From the NCBI RefSeq assembly GCF_037042905.1, contig NC_087252.1:4094001-4158000 (forward strand): 64,000 bases of DNA, given 5' to 3'. This stretch comes from Lytechinus pictus (Eukaryota). The notes below the pieces were generated by a model. That model ran no database searches and was not told the origin of the DNA. It saw nothing but the letters and a program-made list of their open reading frames with translations. Below, in pieces: positions 14,005 through 26,100 of the stretch; the first letter of the stretch is position 1; every line of letters begins with the position of its first letter. The position numbers and the translations under genes were made by a program.

Positions 14005-14377
14005 CTTTAAAGAAAAAAATAGAAATAAAAATCACTTTGTAGAAGTAGTACACAATACACTCTATAAAGATTAAGTAAAAATTTACCCAATATTTGGTAA
14101 AAAGGGGAAAGCATGTTTGCTACGTTATTTTCCCCCTCATATTGGGTAAAATGCATTTTTTTTAAGGGTACATTTCAACGTAACATTGCGTAAAATTTGT
14201 GGTAATTTTATCCAGCAAGCATACATGTTCTCATTTTACCCAATATTGGGTAAACTGTTACTAGTAGGAGTTGTAGTAGTAGTAGTAGTAGTAGTCGCCG
14301 TCGTCGTAGTAGTAGTCATGGTAGTAGTAGTAGTAGTCGCCGTCGTCGTCGTCGTAGTAGTAGTCATGGTGGTAGTA

Positions 14378-14411
<34 letters not shown>

Positions 14412-14412
14412 C

Positions 14413-14444
<32 letters not shown>

Positions 14445-17400
14445 CAGTAGTAGTAGTATTAAGAGTACATTTACTTTTTTAACTTTTATTTTTAGTGTAA
14501 AAACAATTGGCATCCTAATTAACATTCAAACAACGCAATGATGCATTGTCATTATGATCAAAGTGAGGACTAGGCTAGAGTTGTTGTTTCCGATTAATAA
14601 GAATAATCGTATACATATGTAACTCAAGATGTTGCGGTTAAATGCGAAATAAATTGGCCATTCAATTCTACTCATTTCTGTAAAACAACATTTAAAGTAC
14701 GAACAAATAACGAAATAAAATCCTGTTATATCATATCGATGACGGTGCTCGTAAAACCACAGAAGAAAGTTGTTTTCATTTGATAAGACATATGATAACA
14801 TTTAAGTAGTCATTTCAATTGTTACTTTTACGTAAGTACCAATTAATGGTTTAATCAAAGTATTTCCTCTTATTCTAAAAATAACGGAGCCTTGAAACGA
14901 AGCGAATAATTATGCTACGTTTTCTGATCTTGATTTAAAATCAAATAAGAGAGTTTTTATCATTGATAACTTTGAAGCCATCACTATGTCATTTCATTGG
15001 GTAATGTAAATAGTGTATTTTAGCATCCAGTTCGCAGTCGCTTTCTCCATCGTTCAGAATCTATTGAAAATACCCGTCAAATCGCAACGGACAGATTAGA
15101 GGTCATTGTCGAAAGTTGGTTGACAGAGACAGCACATCGTCTTAAGATTCGGACTGGACAGAAATTGCAAATATTTCGTTTGTCTAGAGTTCAGGACTGC
15201 TGTTTTGATTCACCTATCTTCGACAAAGGCTTCATTGTTAAGGGCTTTTGACCATATATTCTCTGCGTTATAGAAAGCGGCCGCGAAGTGATTGCTAAAA
15301 TGCCCTGATATAAAAAAAAAAAAATTTCTTTGTAAGTTATGATTGAGTAAATATTTTCATAAAATGAGACACGGATTAACATTGATGGCAAATAAGCATT
15401 ATAATTACAATATTAATTGTCTCAGAAAATCTTAGCTTTATGGGCTTTCAATTTGGGCTTTGGTGATTTCTTAATACTTGGTGATTGAATTCAAATATTG
15501 GATTCGTCTATAGGGGGCGGTTTCCTAAAGCTGTTCGTAAGTTAAGAGTGACTTTAAGAACGACTGGTGATCCTTTCTTATGCGCTAAATAATCACCAAT
15601 GAACATTATTAGTGAATATCATTTACCCCAAAAAAGACCACCCAGTCGTTCTTAAAGTCACTCTCAACTTATACGGAGAGCTATGTGAAGCGGCCCCCTT
15701 GAAACAATGCAATGTCTCACAATGTGTTACACTATGTGGATTGTGTGGAGATGCAATTCACACATGAAATGCTCAAATCTAATAGTGTGGAGGAAATGTT
15801 ATACTGTGGACACCTCGGCAATGTGAGTGCTCACAATGTGTTCACGTAGTGGACTTTGTGAGGACGATTGTGATTCACACATAGAATGCTCGAATTGAAC
15901 AGTGTGTGAGGTAATTTCACATTGTGTTTCACACCATAGGACACACTGTGTTCTTAGGGATATAAACATACCATCCATGATATTTGTCACGTGGTCCCAA
16001 GGATTCCAGGCTATAAAAATGATGAAATTGAAAAATGGAAAAGAAAATATAATTAAGTTGAGACAAATATCGATTATTGCTACACAATTAGCGTTGAAAT
16101 CTTCATATTTTCTGTTCGCTGTATTCCATCTTCAAAATAATACACTCCCATCAAAACTTCACGAAGTTAACACAATCACACCTTTAACACACACACAATC
16201 CCGATCACACATCCTTACACGCATGCAAAGAGAGAGGGGATGAAGAGAGAAAGACAGTGACACACAAATTAAAAACACCCACCCACCCACCCATACACAC
16301 ACCTCCACACACATTCACACGTATATATTCAAATATCGCAATCGGGGACTCTTTTATCATTACTTGCCAACATGGGGACGCGTAGTTGCAGTCTTATACA
16401 CGTAAATAAAATTGAATTTAATCCTGTAACCGGGCTCATTTTCGGATTATAGTTCGTTATCTGAGGGTGCTTCCTCCCGCCCCCCCCCCCCCAAAAAAAA
16501 ACAACTTGAGTTTAAGTTTGTTTAAAATTATTGATATAGGACAGATTATCTTTTATTTTTATTTTTTGGGGCCAAAATGATAAGACCTTACCATCCTCTT
16601 CATAAAGTATGGAGTTTGTAGCATTTCCGAGATAATTCCCCGCAATACAGGTAACTTTCGCAGACTTATCGGGGATGGAGATTGTGACATTATTCTCGGC
16701 GTGATTCGAACTATGGATGAGAACGTCATCGAGGAAGATGTAGAAGAAGGAGACGGCTGGAGTTGGATGGCCTTTTGATTCATTCAGGTCACATGATACG
16801 GTCATATTCGAACCCTCGATAATGAAATTTGCAATGATGCCATCAGGGGTAGGTGGTCCTGGATGTTACGAAAAAAAATAGGAATACACGTTTCTTTATT
16901 AAAGGGGTTCTCCTGGGGAGTGTTTCATCAACATTTTCATCCGACAAGTTGTCAGATCTGACATCTTTCTCTGATGTTGATTGACTGAGAGGTACTGTTA
17001 CTATGGTAACTGTCGGATAAAATGGGTCTTGTCGGATAAAACGTCCGACAAGTCCTTTCATGAAACGCCCCCCAGGCTAACAATAATGTGATTTGAAGAG
17101 ATAAAGAAAAATCAAACAAACAAAAGACTAAAAATTTGACCGAAATCAGACAAAGAATAACAAAGTTATGACATTTAAAACATTTGCATTATCTCGCTGA
17201 AACAGTTCTGCGCCTGTCTTCATGAATATTTAATGAGCAAACTGATGATGTCATTCTTGTTTTTTGTATTTTATTATATGAAATTATGTTTATTCAAATT
17301 TTGTCTCTCAAGAACTAAAAAGTTGGATTAACAAATGATTTAATGCTTTAGGCATTCATTACTGCAACTTATTTTATCATAAGGGAGACGTATCATTCAG

Positions 17401-20276
17401 ACTTATAAGAAAAAGAAGAATGATTTCATGTAAAAAAAGGGAGGTGGGGATGTAACATCATCAGACAACCTAATGAATATTCACGACGACGTGCATATGT
17501 TTTCACAAAATATTGCTAAACTTTGAAATTCAATATCTTCGTTATTTCTTATCAGATTTTGATGAAAGTTTCAGCATTTCGCTCTGTAAATTTTACTCTT
17601 TTTTTTTTAAATATAAATATTTTCAGCCCAAGTATCCTTTTAACGATTTGGGAAAATCTCGTTTCATGAATAGCCCTGAAATCTTACAGTATTTTATACA
17701 TTCATCATGAGCTTGTTTTAATTTTTATTCATTCATTAATATAGCGTTTGGATGTCTAGAGGAAAAAAAGTCACAAAATTCATCGATTTACTATACAAAA
17801 GAAATCAAATAAATGATGGAAGAAATAAACAATACTATACAAAAGAAATCAAATAAATAGATGAATAAATATAAAATAAATAAATAATAATGATAATGAA
17901 ATAGAAATCAATACACGTAGAGTAAAAATGAATAATTTGATTGAAACAATAAACAGATAAGTATTCAATGCTATTCAAGATGAAGTTCAACTTACCATGG
18001 AGATCAAGTATGGTTGACTTCTGCCAGTTAAAGTCCGTTATCTCATGTCCGCTAACAAAACATGTCAGCAACTTGTTGTAATTCTCCTTACTTGCTGAAA
18101 ATGTGAACACGCTCCTTTTATCCCATAAGAGATGATGCGAAATATCGGGGTCCGTTTCCACTATGCCCAAAGTCTGAGTGATGTTTCCTATTTTCCAAGT
18201 GATGTGCTCCTCCGGGCTGGCCCCTATGGCTTCGCATGTCCCCTGGTACAGAAGAGTATTGTTCACCATGGAAGTCTCCAAGACCAGAGATACATTTGAT
18301 TGCACTTTAAAAAGAAAAGGGAATAAATAGTTCAAACAAACAATGGAGACAATAATGCATAATGTGAATGATTAAGGTGTATGACTTTATTGATCGCGAT
18401 TTTGTAATTGGCAATCTCATCACCAAAATCCTAACAAAATAAAAGAAAAAAATTGGGCACTTCAGAAATCGAGACCCTTTGGCTTAGAACAATGTGTGCT
18501 GAACAATGATTAAGCCGAACATGATGTCTGCAAACTCTACCCAATAAACCGAATCGACCCTATCCTGCGAGAAAAAACACAGTCTGACACAGTGCAGTCA
18601 AATGGAGGACCATATGCGAAGGTTTGATTCACAGTGTGGACCTCTCGACAGTGTGGATATTCACAGTGCATTTACACACTGAATTATAATGAAGATGTGA
18701 TTTACACTGAATATAATAATGTCACACCTTGGAGTGTGGACACATCGAAATGTGTGTAGTCACAGTGTACATAAACGCAGCAAACTATTCGAAAATGTGT
18801 TGCAAAGTGTTAAAATGCTCAAATATAACGGTATGAATTCACATAATGTTTCACACTGTGAACAGACTGAGAAACATTAGCTGTTGAAATGCTGAAATGT
18901 AACAGTGAGAATATGATTTCACGTCATGCATGTTTAACAATATGGGAAAACTGCGGAAAACGGTATTCTTTCCCCAAGGGAATTCTTACCTTCAACTGCG
19001 AAATTGATTGTGTTGCTGAGAACTGCCACAGAACCACACCTATACGAACCGCTGTCTTCCACCGTGGCGTTCTGGATAGTGAGGGTCGGTGGTCCTGTTC
19101 CATCCGACGATGGTACGAAGTTGTCAAATTTTTCATAAGGAGAAACCTTTAAAGAACCGATGAAAATGAAATTGTTGCCTTCCTTCCATACGAGCAAATC
19201 AGCAGTAATCGTACCATCTGTCTCACAAGTGAAGACGGCATTGCTGCCTTCCTTCACGATAGAAGGCCCTGTCATGGTCGCAGATTGTCCGTTCGTGGAC
19301 CCCGCTACCTATATGAAATTAAAAATAATAATCGTCTGTGAATTCACTTGACAGGATATAACAATGTGATTTTAATACAAATTTTGACACGTTTGAATCC
19401 CAAGTTATTATCAATAATAATTATATTAATGATGATAATAATAATAAAAAATACCCAATATCTAATACGCGATTTTCCAAAATGGCCCAAAGCGTTTACA
19501 ATTTCAGTTTACCTAATTCATACAAATACAGTAATATTACACAATTTCTTTAAAATAATTAAATTTCAAATCTTATACCTTTTTTTAAACAAGAGGAAGA
19601 AAAAAACAGTAATGAAAAAGTGATTTGACAGAACAACCTGTCACCAAACATTCCTATCTTTCTCTTTGAGAGAATGACATTTCATTGAAAAACAGAACCG
19701 CCCCCTTCAGAGCACTGGGAATGATTTTTTTTTTAATCTGGGGTGCTAATGTAGAGGTTTTCGCTACATAATCGGGTCAAATTTTGGTCCAGAAAAAATT
19801 GACAAAAAAGGTTTCATTACAAAATGAAGGTCATTTTAGTTACATTTTTCAAGTTTTACACATCTTCCAGAATACCTGGGGTGCTTCCTATAGAGAATAG
19901 TACACGCAGCACCCCAAGGAAATTCTTGGGGGTATGTCACATGCCCAACTTGTGTGTGTATGGGGTGGGGGTTCGCTTTTAATTTCTCAGGATTTTTACG
20001 GGTGGGGTCTACATGGCCTATTTCACGATTCGTCCCTCCCCCTCTTGCAGTCACGACCTCATAATGCCGCTGATGGGCAACGTTAACATGGTTCAAGCGT
20101 AAGAAAAATCTTCAGTCAGGGGAATATCAATCCTCAGAATAAATGCAAATATTCTTATTTTACAGACTCTGAGTAAAGACGGTTTGCTTCAATTCGGCTA
20201 CGACAAATAAACTTTAGCTTACCATAGTTAACAGGAGAATCCACCTTGTAATTTTTGCCGTCTGACTTAGATTCAT
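13877..20276 (-). CDS. Gene 1: 358-aa type I membrane Ig-superfamily protein (signal peptide, V-like, CD80-like C2, C2/I, TM, 6-aa tail); nectin/CADM-like architecture
   Basis: Exons 20276-20223, 19308-18990, 18304-17996, 16858-16592 and 14004-13877. All junctions are GT-AG with phases 0,1,1,1. The total is 1077 nt and open to TAA. Each Ig exon has paired Cys, domains 1-2 have the core Trp, and there is a hydrophobic TM. Confidence 0.85.
14058..14497. mobile_element. CACTC MITE copy containing a (GTA/GTC)n microsatellite
   Basis: Same internal TTTACCCAATATT repeats; CACTCTA...TTTAGTG ends, TA TSD; microsatellite at about 14263-14458. Confidence 0.7.
15513..15698. mobile_element. Harbinger-like MITE family (copies about 25290-25592, 34210-34390 and 54845-55025)
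   Basis: Shared arms AAGCTGTTCGTAAGTTAAGAG-GACTTTAAGAACGACTGG and their reverse complement. Confidence 0.8.
16592..16858 (-). CDS. Gene 1 coding exon 4, third Ig domain
   Basis: GPP...EGSNMTVSCD...GHPTP...VTCIAGNYLG. The exon is 267 nt, phase 1-1. Confidence 0.88.
16916..17072. mobile_element. MITE with CWG target (copies 25383-25538, about 55350-55488 and 58210-58330)
   Basis: CTG-GGGAGTGTTTCAT ... ATGAAACGCCCCC-CAG; near-identical copy at 25383. Confidence 0.8.
17996..18304 (-). CDS. Gene 1 coding exon 3, CD80-like C2 Ig domain
   Basis: GTCEAIGASPEEHITW...SVFTFSASKENYNKLLTCFV. The exon is 309 nt, phase 1-1. Confidence 0.88.
18990..19308 (-). CDS. Gene 1 coding exon 2, V/I-like Ig domain
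   Basis: AVFTC...LVWKE...LTIQNATVEDSGSYRC. The acceptor is TAG and the donor is G|GTAAGA. Confidence 0.9.
20223..20276 (-). CDS. Gene 1 coding exon 1 (MNLSQTAKITRWILLLTM, signal peptide)
   Basis: ATG at 20276, donor ATG|GTAAGC, upstream acceptor at 20288/20289. Phase 0 matches the next exon. Confidence 0.75.
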
Positions 20277-21038
20277 CTTCGAAATTTCCTAGGTTCGTGG
20301 AAAAAGTTGAATATGTAAGTGATACGCCGAATACTTAAAAATATTCAGTGTGTTCTGTCGCGTTTAGAGTGCAGAGGAGATGATTGTAAAAATGCTTAGA
20401 AGAGATATAGCTGATTCAAAGTTGGTTGGATGCGAACTGCTTAATGCAGGCGGAGTGATAAAAGGAGAATGAAATCAATGGAACAAGTAAGCTCGCGTTA
20501 AAGCAGAAAAATGAAAAAAAAATAAGATAAGAGAGTCGAGTAAATTTGGACAGACAAGAAAAAAGTTATGACAACTTGAATAATGAAAAACGAGAATACT
20601 GATGCGATGGAGTTCCTCAAATTTGATGCAAACAAGAGCTGTGATGTGGGACACCTCCCCTTTGGACACCGTAAAAATAAAATGATGAAATAAACAATTC
20701 ATTCATGATATAATGTTGTGAAACCTGTATTACAGTTGTGTTCTCATTAAAAAAAAACACCTATAGGCCCTGTTGCAAGAAAGAAAAACTCTGGCAATTT
20801 TCGGACCTAGTTTTTTAATGTGTCATGGGCCAATACTGGCATTAATTAACTTTGTTTGCCAGAGTTTTTGTTTATTTACCAGAGTTTTCTATCAAAATTT
20901 TTATGCAACAGACCCCTAATCTTGTGGTAGGCTAGATTAAAGAGAAAATTTAGGTGAAATATGTATTAACAATCAAATCAAATGACACAAGGAAACGGGA
21001 AGAAATGCCGTAAAAATAAGTGAAGACTTGATACTTAC

Positions 21039-21120
21039 CGGCAACCGTAGAATTGAAGATTTTCTCGGCTCTAGAAGAAAGGCGATGGAAGAACGTCCTA
21101 GTTTCTTGCAGAATTGATGC
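21039..21120 (-). other. Probable 5' UTR exon of gene 1
   Basis: A consensus donor CCG|GTAAGT at 21039/21038 pairs with the acceptor at 20288. The 5' boundary is approximate. Confidence 0.45.
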
Positions 21121-21338
21121 CTAATTAACGTTTTCCGGGTGTGGCTATTCACTCGAATGATATGTATTATACAGAGCATTAATTTTCGATTATTGATTTG
21201 TTTGTTTAACGGAGGGGAAACGTTATTTGACAGAATAAGTATTTCCGTCTCATATCTTGGTGTTGATGCGGATGTTATTTATTCATCACTTAAGGATATT
21301 GTATTGCATTTCTTCAACTTGAAAGAAGTTCAGCTATA

Positions 21339-22327
21339 CAGTGCGTATCAAAAAAAAGTTTACACTTAGAAAAAAAATCCTGTAAAATTATACATTTGTA
21401 ATTTCCTGAAGATTTTTCCAGATTTTAACATTGGTACAGATCCATTTAAGCAAATGACGATATAACTGTCTAAAAATGTTACCGCTTGAGTGAGCACCAC
21501 TTACTTTTGAAAAGTTAGTGAAAAATGATTTGTGCAGAACTTTGAAATAGTTTTGCGGATGAAAGTAGACCTTAATCATGAAGAACACATGTAATTTAGC
21601 TAGTAAAATTGATTTGAAGATATCTTTTACCTTTTTAAACTTGTTTCCTTGCCCAAAACACTTTGAGGAGTGTATTACACCCCATCCCACTCCCACACAC
21701 ACCGAGGCCATCGTGACAATATTTACTTTACACTGAGCTGATCTACATGGAATGGCTTAGGCTTGATTTTCATTTTATTAATCATTGTCAAGCTTGAAAA
21801 AAAGAGTGGAGAAACAAGTATTAAATGAAAACTGAAATGTAAACCCACTTTAAATGATAAAAACTTAGTGAAAAAATGCTGGAGATGTTTGATATAAACT
21901 TTTGTTCGGATTTAGTTATGTCCTCAGATCCAGATGGCACAAAAAGGGTAAAGGGTGAGCTTACTAAGTGTTGAAATTTCAATTTGGGTGGCAAAATTAT
22001 TACAAAATGCTTGAATGTATTCGTTTTATTTCAATTGACTAAAAGTGCAAGGGAAATGTATGAGAAATTCTTCGCAGGGTAAGTTTGATTTCGCCCTTTC
22101 CCCTTGACACAGCGTGAAAAACGAGCATTTCTGCGCAAACAGATTTATGCGAGCTTTACAAAAATGGACAGCACTCACTCAGGTGTAACATTCTGTCAAA
22201 ACTTTTACTTTCATTGGATAGATGAGACCCAAACCCAAGATTATATGTGAAAATATTACCCACGTAATGTATATTTTTTAATTCCCAGGGCTTTTTCAAA
22301 GTGTAAACTTTATTTTGATACGCACTG
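21339..22327. mobile_element. Tc1/mariner-type non-autonomous element between divergent genes 1 and 2
   Basis: TA-CAGTGCGTATCAAAA...AAGTTTACACTT / AAGTGTAAACTT...TTTTGATACGCACTG-TA. Confidence 0.85.
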
Positions 22328-23077
22328 TATAATTATGTTAATGATGGGATAGTTCGGAGAGGGGTGGAATAGTCGTCGGCGACACGACATTTGCTCTGTC
22401 TAGATAAACGATGGATGTTGTCGTTCCCAAGCCAGTGCTCTGATGAAACGTTCCCAAAACCTTGCTTGTAGTCCGACCAATAGAGATAGAAATCAACAGA
22501 GCCAGCCCGTCTTCGCTGGAAGACCTAACGAAAGAGATGGAGACAGACATGCACAGAGAGGGAGAGAGAGAGAGAAGGGGAGAGAGGAAGATAGGATATG
22601 ACTAAGTCTACGGGTGAAAAGTTTGGGTAAAAATAAAGTACACCCCATTTTCACATTCTCTTTTAGAATTTTGTCGAATGAAAGTTAAAGTAGGGTTTTT
22701 TTTACGGTAGGCCCCTCCGCCTCAAACCAACCCCATCCGCACCCCAACAGAGTGAGGACGGGGCGGAGGGGGGGGGGAGATAAGAGCAACGTAACCTTTC
22801 TGAATGACGTAACAATACTTTGCGCTGCGTGACAATGCAAAACAATACACGCGCATCACAATGCGCGCTTCTTTGTAAACGCAGAATTTCGTAGATACTC
22901 CTCTGGCTGCCTAGCGCCTGGTAGCAAAATTAAACAAAGAAACAATAACTGAACCAACATGACAACATTTATTTTTTTATCAAAATAATTCAAATCATTT
23001 TAAGTCAGCAATTTTTAAAGAGAAAGCTAGGGATATGAAACACTTACTATGCTGAATTACACACATGTCAAAGAAAG

Positions 23078-23117
23078 ATGGGCTGCTGTGTTTCATCAGG
23101 AACGAAAGATGTAAAAG
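23078..23117 (+). CDS. Gene 2 exon 1 (MGCCVSSGTKDVK)
   Basis: ATG in AAGATGG context, donor AAG|GTATGG. Gly2/Cys3/Cys4/Ser6 fit a dual-acylation motif. Confidence 0.7.
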
Positions 23118-26100
23118 GTATGGAAATTTTTTTCGATTGACATCTCTTGAGACTTGACTCGTGTTATTTGAATGATGGACATTGCCAGTAAAATCCTTCA
23201 TTATGGCGACCGTATAAGTTAGAGAGAAGAGCCCTAACGTTAGGCCATTATATAAGTTAGATCTATTTGTCGATTATAATACTTAATTGCGAGTTAGTGT
23301 ATACTTGACTCTAACGTTAGATCTAACGTTAAAACTAACAATTCGATCTAAACGTAACAAACAAGTAATTTCGATTATTTCGATTATTCATATTCTTCTG
23401 TGGAATTTGAAAACTGCCGTTTTGCATAATAATTATGAGTATGGTGAGACTACCACATGTATATCGACCACCTCTTTTGAAACCGACCACCTTGCGCGCG
23501 TTAGAATTATTGCGTATTACAAACGATACGCGCGGGAGAGTAGGCGCAGTGTCCATAGAAACGGTAAGAATCGATTTTACGAGAAAAAAAGAAGCAAAAA
23601 AAAGTAAAAATTTAGTAGAATTAATCAAAATTGTATTGACCAAACCCCGCTGAAAAACCAAGAAATCCGATAGGAAACGGCTTTAGAACAAATACCCGTC
23701 GTCAATCGTCGAATCATGAGCCGGAGCTCGCACTGGAAGTAGTGAGACGATCATTTAGCATGTTGACGTCATAGAACTGATTTGGAAGAATAAAAATATT
23801 TCGCCACCGCGACAAGACTCGGCCGTAAACTTAGTGTATCGCGGGTGGTCGGTTTCAAAAGACGGGTGCAAATGAGCAAATGTAAAATCGTCGTATTCGT
23901 TGTTCGTCGATATATACGCGGCTTGAATCAAAGTCGCCGAGCGAAACATGGGAATCTGATCTGCTAAATTTTCTGCACAAATGAGACGAAAACTGGGTAA
24001 AATTGATGAATATTTTCGCAGATATGATGCTTAGAAGATTAGGTGGTCGATAAGGGGTAGTTCCAACCATACCGGTAGTAATTCGGCGGGCATGACTCGA
24101 GTAGAACTGAACTTGAAGAATCATTTCTTAGAACAGATTCCCTATAGATCTGTTAGTGTCGGGGCCTTTCTCTTTGAATTTACATCTATTTTGCTCAAAA
24201 GCTCTTCTTTAGAAAGGGACGTCATGTTCTACTTGGGGGAACTATTAATACTTCTTATCCTATATGTTCATATCTAAGTTAGATATAGACTATATATTGT
24301 GATTTTGGCCCCAAGTTTGCGCATCTAAAGATTTAACATGAATTTCTTTTTATTTCACAAAAGCTATCACTTGATAAAGTTCCTTACATCATTATGAGTG
24401 AGTGTGCCAAATATCTCATAAAAAATTGAAAGAAATATATGATTTTCTTGGAAAAAATCTCGGGCAGTCATTTTCAGATTGAAGTCATGGTGCCCCATGT
24501 CTGAGCACCCATTCACTTTGCACGCGATTCGGGATTTTGATGAGAAAGGCTGCATTTTCAAGTTAGCGTGATGATGTTTTAAGAAATATTCAATCATAGA
24601 GAACATTAACCCCCCCCCCAAAAAAAAAAAAATATATATATTGTCGTTCCATTGTAGGCTTACAGCCAGCGTACTGTTTTTTTTTTTTTTTGGGGGGGGG
24701 GGGCTTGATAATTGCATCGCCAAAAATCTCTATAGAAGACGGGGGAAAATATTAACAGGAAAACAAATTAAATTTGAAAATGTGAAATCCCCCCCTCATA
24801 TTCATTATATCATTATGCCACTGCCATATACAAAACCATATAGACTATTCTGCAGTATAAAACAATTGTGGAAATCGCATATACGGGCCACACGAAATAG
24901 ATATTTTAGACTTATGGTTATCCTTTGCTTTCTTTTAGACATTTTGAATGTCAAGACCTAAAGTTTCGCTGATTCATTTTATACTTTCTCTCTCTTTTAT
25001 CCCTTCCAAAATCTAGTTGAACCATGGCCATCTTACCACGAAACATTCAAAGGGAAAAATCCGGACATCAATTCAACGCAGGTAAGTTAGACTAGGCATA
25101 ATGATACCAAGCTGCAGGACCTGCATGGGAACAGTTTTTGAAGAGGTGCTGGTTTGGAAAAAAAAAATGACAAGCAGGAAAAAGGGAATTCAATCCAAAA
25201 ATGAAGGTGATTGTGGTCTAAAATTAATTGACAAGTAAAAATTGACATTTTTTTCGAAAACGGGGGTGATTTGGTCAAATTAAAACATTTTAAGTTGAGA
25301 GCGACTTTAAGAACGACTGGTGATCCTTGTGGTAATGATATTTTCTTTGTCGATGGTTTAGCGCGTAGGAAAGGTTCACCTGGGGAGTGCTTCATCAACA
25401 TTTTAATCCGACAAGTTGTCAGATCTGACATCTTTCTTTGATGTTAATTGGCTGAGAGATACTGTTGCTATGGTAACTGTCGGATAAAATGGACTTGTCG
25501 GATAAAACGTCCGACAAGTCCTTTCATGAAACGCTCCCCAGGCGTTCTCTAAGCCGCTCTTTACTTACGAATAGCTTTATGAAACACCCACCTGATTTCC
25601 AGGATGTGCTGCTTATGTGTTGTATAAAATGATGCTTTAATTTCTATACTTTATTGTCTCGAAACGTCCTGTCTTTGGTTTGCGTTTTATCTAGAGATTT
25701 TCTTCATAAAAAGGTCATTCATCTGTCCATGGCTCATTGAGCACTATAGAGAGAGCATTTGCCGCATTATAAATCACATATTATTAATATTATAGGATTG
25801 GTTATTACAGAGGCATGAATTTTATAGACAAGACATTTTGTCTGACTGAAGAAGAAAGAAGAAAACATTTTTTTTAATAATCACTTGGGATGGTTGATTT
25901 TAAGGAGTTGGTGACGGGCGATTTAATTTAAACTTGCATGATATTTATTATATTGTGCACATTATTTTTCTTGTGTGTGGGTGTGTGTGTACAAATATAA
26001 TGTCATCTTTTCTGTAAGTGCACATAATTAAAAAAAAAAAAAAAAAGATAATTCATTATTTTCCTATCTTTGTGTGTGTGTGTACCAAGATAATTTCATC

